Below are positions 12,469 through 22,798 of a stretch of 64,000 nucleotides of DNA, piece by piece. The position numbers and the translations under genes are program-made. The notes beneath the pieces are model-generated. The model saw only the letters and a list, made by a program, of their open reading frames with translations, did no database searches and had not been told where the DNA came from. Numbering within the stretch: the stretch's first letter is position 1; every line of letters starts with the position of its first letter. Source of the DNA: Takakia lepidozioides (taxonomy: Eukaryota; Plantae; Bryophyta). The DNA lies in contig CM060732.1 of NCBI GenBank assembly GCA_030704615.1, positions 6,386,001 through 6,450,000 of the forward strand. The letters run 5' to 3'.

Positions 12469-12740
12469 TAGTGTTTTTTTTTTGGCGAAAAATCGCCAAA
12501 TGGCGACCTCAAAACATAAAAATGGAATATTCTGTCGCAAATTCCCTGTTTTTTCATGGATGAAATCGCCAAACTTCTACAAGGGAAAAAAAAAGATGGA
12601 TGAATTTGCCAAATGTGGATGATATAAATGGATGAAAGTACATATGAGGATGATTCTATCCAAATTTTCAATGAATGAACAGAATATATAGCTATTTCTT
12701 GTACTCGTGCTATTTTTCAAATTTAAGAAAAAAATCACTG
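12469..12740. mobile_element. hAT-type MITE, second family
   Basis: 8-bp TSD GAAAAGAG at 12461-12468 and 12741-12748; imperfect TIR TAGTGTTTTT...AAAAATCACTG; internal TCGCCAAA repeats. Confidence 0.85.
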
Positions 12741-13749
12741 GAAAAGAGGACTCGCAGAATATGGGGAAATTTTGTCTTGCAGATTTTTCGCTACTTGAAA
12801 CCCTAATGTATCCAGGTACGTTAGCAAAACGACATCAAGCGCCCTATACAACTGCCAGCACATAACCATAGCTCCGGTAAGCTAATGTGCACTGTGGCCA
12901 CCTAAAATCACTTTTCCAGGTTAGCTATCTGAAAACAGGTTCTTCTCTGTTAGTTATTGTTCTGTGTGGACCCCATGAGACATGTTCCACAGATCCTGAT
13001 CAGCTAAGCTCCTAGCTTCTTTTTAGCTTCTTCCATCAACATGCCTACTTCATGTCCGAATTCATCCGCTGTTGCAGTGCATGCAACAATTTGGACAGAG
13101 TAATAATATGTGGAATCTAGTCACAGATTCCAGGCCTCACCTTCCATGACATTTGGATCCGTTCTACCTCTTACATTTTCTCTACCACTGAAGCTTATCC
13201 ACTAGCTCTATGACAGGCCCTCCTGCCCACAAATGCTGATGGTCAGTTCGTCTACATCTCTCATGGCAGTCTTACGTTGTGGCCCTCTGGCAAGTGGAGT
13301 TTTTTTTGCATGTGGTATAGTCGATGGGTGATCTCTGTCTTTCTACGTTGAAGGCTTCTCTTCCATTCTAGCTGCACCCATGCTGAAATTCTCCTTCGGA
13401 AGTTGAGTAGAGTCTTGTGTCTTATAGTTTACTGGGTCCAGGAGTCGCTCACTGACTGGGGATGGAAGAACTTGGGAGAAAAAAAGTGACGATCAAAGAA
13501 TTATGTGGCCAAAAAGACTGACCACCTTCTGTCCCTGACGTCTTTTGGCATTTTCTGATGCTGAAACTTTCGTTACAATTTTCTGAGCCCATTCCATCCC
13601 TGCCTTAGGAAAATGGAACAATGGGCGAGTCTCCTCATTTGACACTGCATTTAGGATATAGACACAGCTCAAATCAACCAGTGATAATGCGTCATAACTC
13701 AAGAATCCATTTAGCTTATCCTTCTCCATTGCAAACGTATACATGTCCA

Positions 13750-16700
13750 ATGTGTGTGGAAAGGAGCTCTCGTTGCTCTTATAAACCAAGGAGAGGAGCT
13801 AGTCTTAAGTTGGTAAGTTTGAAAGGGTTTCTTTCATCGTGTTGCAAAGTAGGCTTGCGCTCTGGGCTTGACAAGTTGTACTCAAGCCAACTGCGAGTGG
13901 AGTGTAGGGTAGATAGGGAAAGCGAAGATCCGCAGGAGGGCTTCACAAGAAGACGGATGGTATCAGCCATGATAGCAATAGTGCTGGCAGTGAAAGTGGG
14001 AGAAGGGCCAGCGATGGCATTTGGGTGGTTTGGCCAGCCTGATGTGGAGAAGGACCCTGTGGAGCCGTTTACTCTTTATGGCAGCATCTTGTAGGTGCCC
14101 CTTCAATCTTCGAACGCCGCTTTGTACGTTTCTCTTTGCATTTGGATGAATTGGTTTGAGACTGGCCGTCCTGATTGGTGGTGGGGTTCCAACCCACCAA
14201 GATCTTGAGATACGGAGAGATGACCTCTTGCGTGGTAATTCAAATTTCTTACGTCTTACACGGTTGGGTTTGTGAATGGTGCAATTATTGGGTTCAGCAA
14301 AAAGTACTTAATAGAGGAGATTGTGGAGGGCAAGATCGTTGGCAGGAAGAAGGGATTCACTGCATCTGCATGGTCTGTACCACAGCTCCCTAAATTCGGA
14401 GATTTTCAATAAACAAAAGAACCTCAGATAGGTTTGCACATTCCAACAATACAATTCCTTGGGGTGATGTTGTTGTGCACAGAACAAACCACCTCTATTA
14501 AGAGCACATTTGACACTGTCAACAAGTTTGCAGGTCCACATGAATGGAAAATATAGAGTAAACCTTTCGGTCCTCTCATTTGGTGATTGAATGAAGCGTT
14601 TCAAAGTCTGTAACTTCACAGGACAGCACTGACCTTCACTTGCAACAATGCAATCCAGGTGGTACTCCTGCTCTACCCTAAAACTAGTCTCCGACCTTCA
14701 GTTGTCACTAGAAAGAGTGACATCTGATAGATGATAGTTGATGCCATATTGCCTCCATTGACAAGTGGGATCATCCAAAGTTTATCGCACATATAGGCCC
14801 TTAGTTCTCAGAGAACCCACCTACATCTAATAAAGTGAATGTGAATTTCTAGTGAGGTTACGCTCTATCCGCAAGGCTGTTCCCTGACTCTAGGGGACCC
14901 GCTTCAGATAAATGGGGTTGGGGGATGAGTGGGTGAGCGGCCAAATTTTCTTAGGTTCGGACATGAGAATCTAATCAGACCTGTAGGTTCGATAAAGTTT
15001 GGACAACTGCACAAACTCCTTAATGGGGAGTCTCTCTCCCCACTCCCTAGGTAAGTCAGATGACGAGATGGAGGGGAAGCTTTATAATCCACAAAGAAGC
15101 TAAAACCTGAAGGCATTTATGGATGTTATAGACATCTTCTTTTTTCCCCTTTAGAGACTTTTGACTATTCGAGATGTCAGGCAGCTTATAAGGCACTTCA
15201 TTGTCTGACGATGTTTGGTGTATTTGGATTTGGATTCTTGTTGTTCCACTTTGTCCCCATGGGCCCTCAGGGTCTCTGGACGTTGCAAAGTTTCGTACTT
15301 TCTTTTCTCTTTCTCTCTCTCCAAAACAGCCAATGTGGCTGTTCGGGGTGAGTTTGGCATCCCGTCCTTAAGCTCCCGACGAGATGAATTCAAGGTCAGG
15401 TGGTGGGGTCAGCTGCAACATATGTCCAACACCAGATATCCTAAGTTAATCGACTCTATATCTTGGAAACAGGACCGCCCTGTCAAACAGGCTAAGTCCT
15501 GAGTAGAAGAGATTCTCAAGGATCTGGACCTGTACCCGCAAGTCTTGACCCTGCTGGATAAATCTGACGTAGAGGCTGTAGTGTCCAAAGCCATGTCTGT
15601 TGCCATGAAATTTCTGATGAAAATGAAGTTAGGCAGAAAACTTCCCTGAACTTATTTCCAGTCTGTGACATGGGGGAGGACATCATGGATGACCTCAAGG
15701 GTCTACCCACTCTCGGCTCTAGACTGAAATTTAAACTCAGGGCAGGAAGCCTACCTTTGAACAGCAAACAGAAGCAGAGAGGAAAGGGAGAGTGCAATTG
15801 CCCGTTGTGTGGGCAACCTGAAGACAATATTCATTTCCTGATTCACTGTCCGGGGTTCTCTCACCAGAGAGACGCTCTCCTCAAATCTATCAAGGGAATT
15901 GTGCCTGTACCCCTGTTTACCAACTTCGAAAGTCTCGAGGCTGAGCCAAAAGCCCAGGCCCTTCTGGGGCCTAGTTATTGGGCAAACCACACACAGCAGA
16001 TTGATGCTTGTGTGAAGGGATTTCTAGAGGATATCTGGAAAACCCGGATTAATGCTTTATACCAAGGTAAGTCTTACTACCAACGTCAGCCCCTGACAGA
16101 GGTAGGTTCTGTCCCTTTGTGTTCCGCTCAAACTGGGCGCGGGGTCAATGGCCACAAGGCTACGGCAAACAACTTCTTATGAGTACATTCTCTCTCTCTC
16201 AGGGTCTATGGCCAGAAGGCTATGGCAAACAACGTCTTATGAATAGATTCTATAGCCATGAGGATATCTCTCTCTTTCTCACACTCTTGCAGGTAGGTAG
16301 ATCCAGTTGGGCTTCCAAATGTTTTTGTCTTGTGGCAGGGGTGACTGAACTTTAAGTCACTTGCCGTCGCTGTCAAAGCAGCACTGGGGGCTTTGATTAC
16401 TCTGAGATGTACTGCTGTGGATGTGAAGTGCAGTGTGAATGTGTTGGACGCAAGCAAAGAAACTCCAGAAATGCAAGGAGTGCCAGCTGCTCTTAAGGTG
16501 GTGCCATCCTACCAACCCCTGGTGTTAATGCAAGATTGCTTAGAGCTAGTAGGAACTTAAGTACTAGAGGTGTACGAATTCTCAACAGTCGCCGGCATCT
16601 GAGGGTACTAGAATCGACCTCATGCTTTACAGTATGGATTCAGTGGCATCGCATAAGCGAGCACTCCATTCCCTGTAGTTGGATTGTCTTTGACTGTGCA

Positions 16701-18271
16701 CGAGTACTATGGCAGTTTGGAATGAACTCATATACCCTGACACACTCAATACCCATGAGTGGCTTCCAGGAGCTAGTATGGTGGGGACTCGGGCCTCAAA
16801 TCATATCCACTCCACACACGACTCTCTCCTGTCCTTTTCCTCCCTGTGTAATTTTCACCCAATTTCTGTCGATAGGTAGAATGCTGAATGATTACAGAAA
16901 TGTTGTAGCTTGCCCATATCTCCTGTCAGGTTCAAATATTCTTGGTTTGGTGACGATCTCATTACATGAATGCCATAGCACAGACAAATAATCTTGAGCA
17001 AGAGTTTGAGCTTAGCGGGTGGAGGTTTCCGCTGTGATATATGCCAGTCTAGTGGGTCAGTATTGCTGCAGCATTATAGCGCTCATCCTCCGCCCTGCCA
17101 GTTGCACTGTAAGCTTATATCCATGGAGAGAAGGGGGATGGGGGGTGAGGAACTGTACTGATTTGGGAAGGAACCCAGGTAACAAGCTCAAGTGAGGGAG
17201 TGTACAGGTGACAATAATAGGGGAGCCGCGTTGTGCAAAAGGAGAGGGACAAACAAGGGAGGAGTCATGCTTGCCGCCTTGTAGAAGAGCATGTAAGGCT
17301 GCTGTGGCACGCCATGTGGCGGAGGTTAGGGATGAGACGGGCTATTTTCTTGACTCTTCAGATACTACAAAAGCCACTGAGGCTTGCTCCACTCAATGCT
17401 TTAATGAATGTGAGCTCTTCATTTTCTGCCCTAATGACTTCTGCAAGGAGTCAGTGTTATGTGTTTATGTGTTTATGCATGGCTATCTTGCTTTGGTGAC
17501 GTTGATAGGGTACATATACCTGTATGTCCAAGAGAGGAGTATCTCTCTTACCTCTATGCAAGGCCCAGAAAGAGAGGTTATTGAAAGGAAAGGAGAAACT
17601 TATAACCTCCCTTGAAGGCAAAGAGAGAGAGAGATCTCAATTTACTTGTCAAACTTTACTGTCATAGCCTTGAGCCAGTACCTAGTATGTATGAAGCTAA
17701 AGAGAGAGTGTGCTCATTCCCTGTGGATCTTGGCTAGGAAGACTCAGTCCCTGCGAGCTAGGAACCCTCCCAGAGCAGGTGTGGGGTTCAGTCCTCCATG
17801 GTATCTGAGAGACTTGCCTTACCACTTGTATAGACTGGTACAGCAAGTTGATTTTTGTGCTGGCTTTCAGTGATTCCTGCACTGCAGCTCTAGCCCTCTA
17901 GCTGACAGCAGATGTGACAGGTGTGGCTCTGGTTGCGTTGCCACTAACACTGTCGACAGGAGGAAGAAAGGGAAATAACATACACAGGGACTTACTAATG
18001 TCCGCAGAAAGCTCGAACAGCTCAGCAAGATGACTATAAATAGAAAGAGCAGCAGTGTCTGGTGGATCAAAGGTGCCATTGATGTAGCATTGATATTCAT
18101 TTGCCTTAAACTAAAATCGCAGGTTGTGTGTCGAGGTTGGCTTTGTTGTTAGTGCTATGTTCTTAGTGCTATGTTCGCCTGTTCCTGACCCTCTTATGTT
18201 CCCTTGGCTTGGTGGAAGGTACAAAACCTGGCAAGAGCATATCGTTTGTGTTCCCATTCAGGCCCCACTGA
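13750..18271 (+). CDS. Cys-rich plastid protein, probably thylakoid lumen (Tat substrate), function unknown; exons 13750-14090, 14298-14372, 16434-16497, 17208-17409, 18219-18271
   Basis: All introns are GT-AG with a continuous frame: transit-like N-terminus, TRRR + hydrophobic stretch + AMA site, FGWFGQPDVEKDPVEPFTLYGSIF|KKYLIEEIVEGK...ASAC|VNVLDASKETPE...|VTIIGEPRC...CRRAC...CSTQCFNEC|TKPGKSISFVFPFRPH*. The start could instead be ATG 13621. Confidence 0.85.
15318..16250 (+). mobile_element. 5'-truncated LINE (family A) in intron 2, with a short extra 3'-end duplicate at 16203-16250
   Basis: Near-identical to 41698-42567 (reverse); CPLCGQPEDNIHFLIHCP zinc finger; flanked by (TC)n on both sides. 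Confidence 0.93.
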
Positions 18272-19105
18272 GCATGCGAAAGCAAATTGGAGTGCATGGA
18301 ATTCTGCAGATTTCGCTTTTGCTACCTGCGAGTGTGCTGATTGTTCAGGCAGATGGTCATAGTGTGCCCTTGTCTGCACCCTGTTATGGTAGTGAAGTAA
18401 ATATAAGAGCCACTTTTGGTTAGCAATGTGCCATTCTGCAGAGAGCATGCAAAGTGAGCAATTTTTGTCAATGAAGTTCACTTCTGTGTGATTAACTTCC
18501 TGGTGATTTAAAGAGGAAGAAAAATAGCCATGTCTGCACAAGGATGTCTTCCCTGTTTACGGGCATGTGACATGAAAGCCAGCATTTCATAAACATTTTC
18601 CAGACCCTTGAGAGATTTCTGGTGATCATCATTCCACCTTAACTTTGTACCAAAGCATAACAATGCTCAGCCACTATAACTGAGCAATCATTGGGCAAGT
18701 GTGAGTGGCTTTTGAAGAGATTGTCATTGCAGTTGACATGGTACCCAACCTCCTCTTCCAGGCGATTCACCAACACCAGGTGGATTGCCATACCATCAAA
18801 GAAGTTACCCCCATAAATATATACCAGAATTCATATTTATGATATTCTTTGCTAGGATAGAGGTCACGGAGACACTTGTACATCTCATGCCAAGGGAGGA
18901 TATAGATAGGATATAGACTATGTGAAATTCTTCCTTGGGAATAAAGACTGAAACCTTATGCATCCAAAATAATTGACCCATCTGAGGAGAACAGAGTGGA
19001 GAAACATATCATGACTTCTGTCCATAACATCACATAAGTTCCTGCCAACGGTTCCAGGATCAGATGTTTTCCGAAAGATAGCATCTCCCATGATCTTTGG
19101 AGCAG

Positions 19106-19420
19106 TTGGCAAGAAGATAGGCCCATTTGAGTACCTACACGTCCGGAAACTTGAACAACAAGTGCAGATCTGTTGGGGGCCAGACCACAACCCTTTAAAA
19201 AAAACTCCAAAGCTCTGGAGGCCACCATATATTTATCACACTAGTTGTTAGAAATGTGCCAAGCCATAGCACACCACAAATGGAAGAATTGGCAAGAAGA
19301 TAGGCCCATCAAAGTAGCTGAACGTCCGGAAACTTGAACAACAAGTGCAGATCTATTGGGGGCCAGACCACAACCCCTTAAGAAAATTGCCACCATAACT
19401 TGATCAAACTAGTTGTTAGA
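19106..19420. repeat. Local direct duplication of about 130 bp
   Basis: TTGGCAAGAAGATAGGCCCAT...CGTCCGGAAACTTGAACAACAAGTGCAGATCT...CACAACCCCTT occurs at ~19106 and ~19290. Confidence 0.85.
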
Positions 19421-19559
19421 TTAAATGTGCTGTCATATATGCTTGTCTAACACTGAGATGAACGACTATATCATGGTGATTCAGCACACCCCCAGTGAAT
19501 ATCTTGAAAACTTCTCGGGTACCCTGAAAGTTATCCTACTGATTATACAGGGTATTCGG

Positions 19560-20116
19560 TGGAACCACATGGAGATTCTAAACTGGTGGAAGTGTACTCC
19601 GGTGTGCCCGTGCAGAATCTTTTCATTTATGATGATTCTGAATGGTTGGAACTTACAGTTGACGTAGGTGTGTATTGTGCCAAAAATAAGGCCAATGTAG
19701 CCGACCCTGGTCTGAGGTGGCTAAAGTATCCAATTGGTGAGTACTTTAGGGATCCGGGAGTATACCCTGGAGATGAGGGTGTATACTTTGGCGATGAGGG
19801 AGTGTACTCTGGGGATGCCGGAGTGTACTCTGGGGTTGAGGTAGTGTACTTTGGGGATACGAGAATATACTCCGGGGATCCGGGTTTATACTCTGGGGAA
19901 TCCGGTGTATATGCAGGGTACACAACGCAGAAATCATTTGATTCCGCCGATTCTTCAGCTACAGGATTTCCGGAAGATCCTCCATAGTATTGTTCACTAT
20001 ATTATTCCAAGTGCACCTTAGTCAGGTGAAGTCATTATTGGTCAAAAGTGGCTTTTCTTCTTCATTTTGAGAGACTGAAATTTGAATATGAAAGCCTTGG
20101 ATGGTGTATAAGTATC
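19560..20116 (-). pseudogene. Exon-like segment encoding RNA Pol II CTD-like heptad repeats (21-bp tandem array at 19735-19915)
   Basis: YTPDSPE-YKPGSPE-YILVSPK-YTTSTPE-YTPASPE-YTPSSPK-YTPSSPG-YTPGSLK-YSP, plus distal YTPTST and TPEYTSTS; in-frame stops at 19627 and 20022. Confidence 0.6.
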
Positions 20117-20865
20117 TGCGAGTAAAGAGTGCCAGTAAATGGATCAGGAAATGGACTTTGGTAACAAGAAATGGACCAGTAAATGGTGCCAGTATTAAAT
20201 GGATCAGTAAAAGGACTTTGGAACCAAGAAATGGACCAGCATATGGACTTACCAGTAATTGGACATAGTAACTTGATACATGTAGTGTAAGTACTGTAGT
20301 GCAGTTGTCAGTGTGATTTGAGCACATATCATAGACATACACAGCCATTATGAAGCTGCAGCAAAAGAGGTCAAGATTTGGCACATTACAGCCTAGATTT
20401 CAATTCTTTATTGCCTTGGTCACTTTGGGTAGGTGTATCTCTTTGGAAGATATCGTGCCTATTCATTCTTTGGCATTGTCTTTCAGCAACCATGAATCAG
20501 ATGTGCATTCAAACGAAGTCACCCTTTAATCTAAGATCGTTATTTGGCAAGATCCTTGGTGATCAATGCTTGTTCATCACTGGACCCTCAAATCTGATGT
20601 GATTTCCATGTATGCAGCCCACACTTGAATCTGAATTCAGTATGCCCCCCTTCCCCCATTATCAACCATCGTATTCTGAATTGATTACGAAAAAAAAAAA
20701 AAAAAAAAAAAACCCAGTAACGCTCACTAGCCTCATTTAATGTCTTACATCCAAACAATGTCATAATAGCATCAGTTTCTAAGCTTCCACATCTGTAGCA
20801 CTTCTATCCTCCAACATTCATGCATGTTTTGGTACGCACTCAGAAACCAAAGTGGTCGAGAGAGA

Positions 20866-21234
20866 TTGTACTCATAAGACGTTGTTTGCCGTAGCCTTGT
20901 GGCCATTGACCCCGCGCCCAGTTTGAGCGGGAACAAAAGGGACAGAACCTACCTCTGTCAGGGGCTGACGTTGGTAGTGTGACTTACCATCATATATAGT
21001 ATTAATCCGGGTTTTCTAGATATCCTCTAGAAATCCCTTCACACAAGCATCAATCTGCTATGTGTGATTTGCCCAAAAACAAGGCCTCAGGAGGGCCTGG
21101 GCTTTTGGCTCAGCCTCAAGACTTTCAAAGTTGTTAAACATGGGTATAGGCACAATTCCCTTGATAGAATTGAAGAGAGCATCTCTTTGGTGAGAGAACC
21201 CCGGACAGTGTATCAGAAAGTGAATACTGTCTTC
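20866..21234 (-). mobile_element. 5'-truncated LINE (family A)
   Basis: 3' end of family A; 15-bp TSD AGTGGTCGAGAGAGA at 20851-20865 and 21235-21249. Confidence 0.95.
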
Positions 21235-21367
21235 AGTGGTCGAGAGAGAAATAAGGGCAAAGAAAGAGAAATAAAGATTCAACCAAGTCTTCATTGATGT
21301 TTTAGCTATGTTTAGTGGCATATGGATAGAAGCTGGTCTGCCTTCTACATCAGCGGGGCAAGCTTAC

Positions 21368-21460
21368 AAATGTCTCCGGCTTCTTTGCATAGTGAAGGAG
21401 CTCTCCAGTTTGTGGATCAGCCACAAGTTCGCCAAACTCAGTAGCCACCTCCTTTGATAC
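21368..21460 (-). pseudogene. Orphan exon of a GDP-mannose pyrophosphorylase alpha (GMPPA/KONJAC-like) gene
   Basis: tag|VSKEVATEFGELVADPQTGELLHYAKKPETF|gtaag matches the conserved FGELVADP.T.ELLHY.EKPETF segment. No neighbouring exons were recognised. Confidence 0.8.
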
Positions 21461-22338
21461 CTATAACCCATCACATCCCAGTTAGATCTCCACTGGTGCC
21501 AGAAATCACTTGTTTCAGGTGATGCACTAGTCTCTACCACCACCTCTCTACTGTACTGCATAATCCAAGCTCTTAACAAGCCATCCCCAATACTCTGGAA
21601 AATACAATAGTACTAAGAGAGCCTTTCATTTTCACCCCACCTTTAAATCAACTATATCCTATCAGATTTCCAAGTTCCATCCCTGACTAAATGACATGAA
21701 TTCCAGCAGCTCAAAGCTGATGAAATCCCTGCAATCCGCAATAACTAAACATTAATCTAAATGACAGTTAGCCACAACGCGCTCCAGACCAAAACTACAT
21801 GCCACAACCAACTAATGTGAGCAATCCACACGTGACCAATCTTGACATTACTACTACGATACAACATCCAAAATGAAATAAGAAAACCAGCACAAAGCCC
21901 CACTGTTAACCGTTGGTTTATGACTTAGACAAAATAGGCTATTAACACTACTGCCCATTTCCTAAGACATGCAACAGAGGTTGTCCGACAGTATGCTTTC
22001 AGAAACGATTACGAAGTAATCGTTTTAAGGATAGCTAAACCATGAACGTCGGAGGAAGCCATATCCTTGCAGACTGCTTAATCCTATTGATTAAGACCAA
22101 TTTACAGTATCTTAAGCATAAAAGATCTTAGTTGAAAGGACTGAAGCGTCTTGGTTCATACAAGCAGATGATAGTCAAGAGAAAACAAGAACTATTCTGA
22201 GATGATACACATTCTCACCATCTCACGTTCACTCTACACAGAGATACTTCGAATAGCATGGCTTTACTTCAGAGCTCGTTACATCAACACAGAAGTACAC
22301 AGAATCACTCTGAGTCCCTCTAAATACACATTGATCAC

Positions 22339-22753
22339 TGATACTCATACTGCACGCCCTCTAAGTTGCGTGCAGTCTTTTTATACCATGCTCGAAAGAG
22401 CCGTTACAGCCCGCGGTCGTTAATGACCGTTTGCCTAACTGCCTACGCAACCTAAAAGGTTTGCTAAAAAGTGGCTCGTTGTAGTGGTCGTGAGCCATAG
22501 TGGTAAACAGTCCACTACTCCCTCTATTGGTTAAAGCCGATGCTATCGTGACCGTGTGATATCGTGGTTCATGGCTCACGATTACTATACTACCCCTTAT
22601 TGCTCTCGTGGTAATGTATCCTTGTCCCGCAATTGGCTAAGTACCGCGTACATAGCCGTCTCTGCCTGTGGCTCACGTAGTGTACGTCCATCACTACCCA
22701 ATATGTCCCGTTGCGACCGTCGTTGTCTGTCCCTCGTAGCATAGCCGTTATCA
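22339..22753 (-). repeat. 3' LTR
   Basis: Collinear with 33080-33494; about 20 substitutions counted by eye, mostly transitions. Confidence 0.93.
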
Positions 22754-22798
22754 TTTATTCCCCCCCCCCTCTTTTGAAATTGTGTCCGCACAATTTCG

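Noticed and set aside
19735-19915. 21-bp periodic array as a CRISPR array
   Set aside because: No unique spacers and no cas genes; eukaryotic context.
19559-19987. + strand ORF with GVYSGD repeats and an apparent GTGAGT donor
   Set aside because: Most simply the antisense shadow of the YTPxSP heptads (the donor coincides with the reverse complement of the YSP codons). Wobble positions coincide in both frames, so it is not formally excluded.
20690-20712. Poly(A) run as the end of a retrocopy
   Set aside because: No recognisable upstream CDS or TSD.
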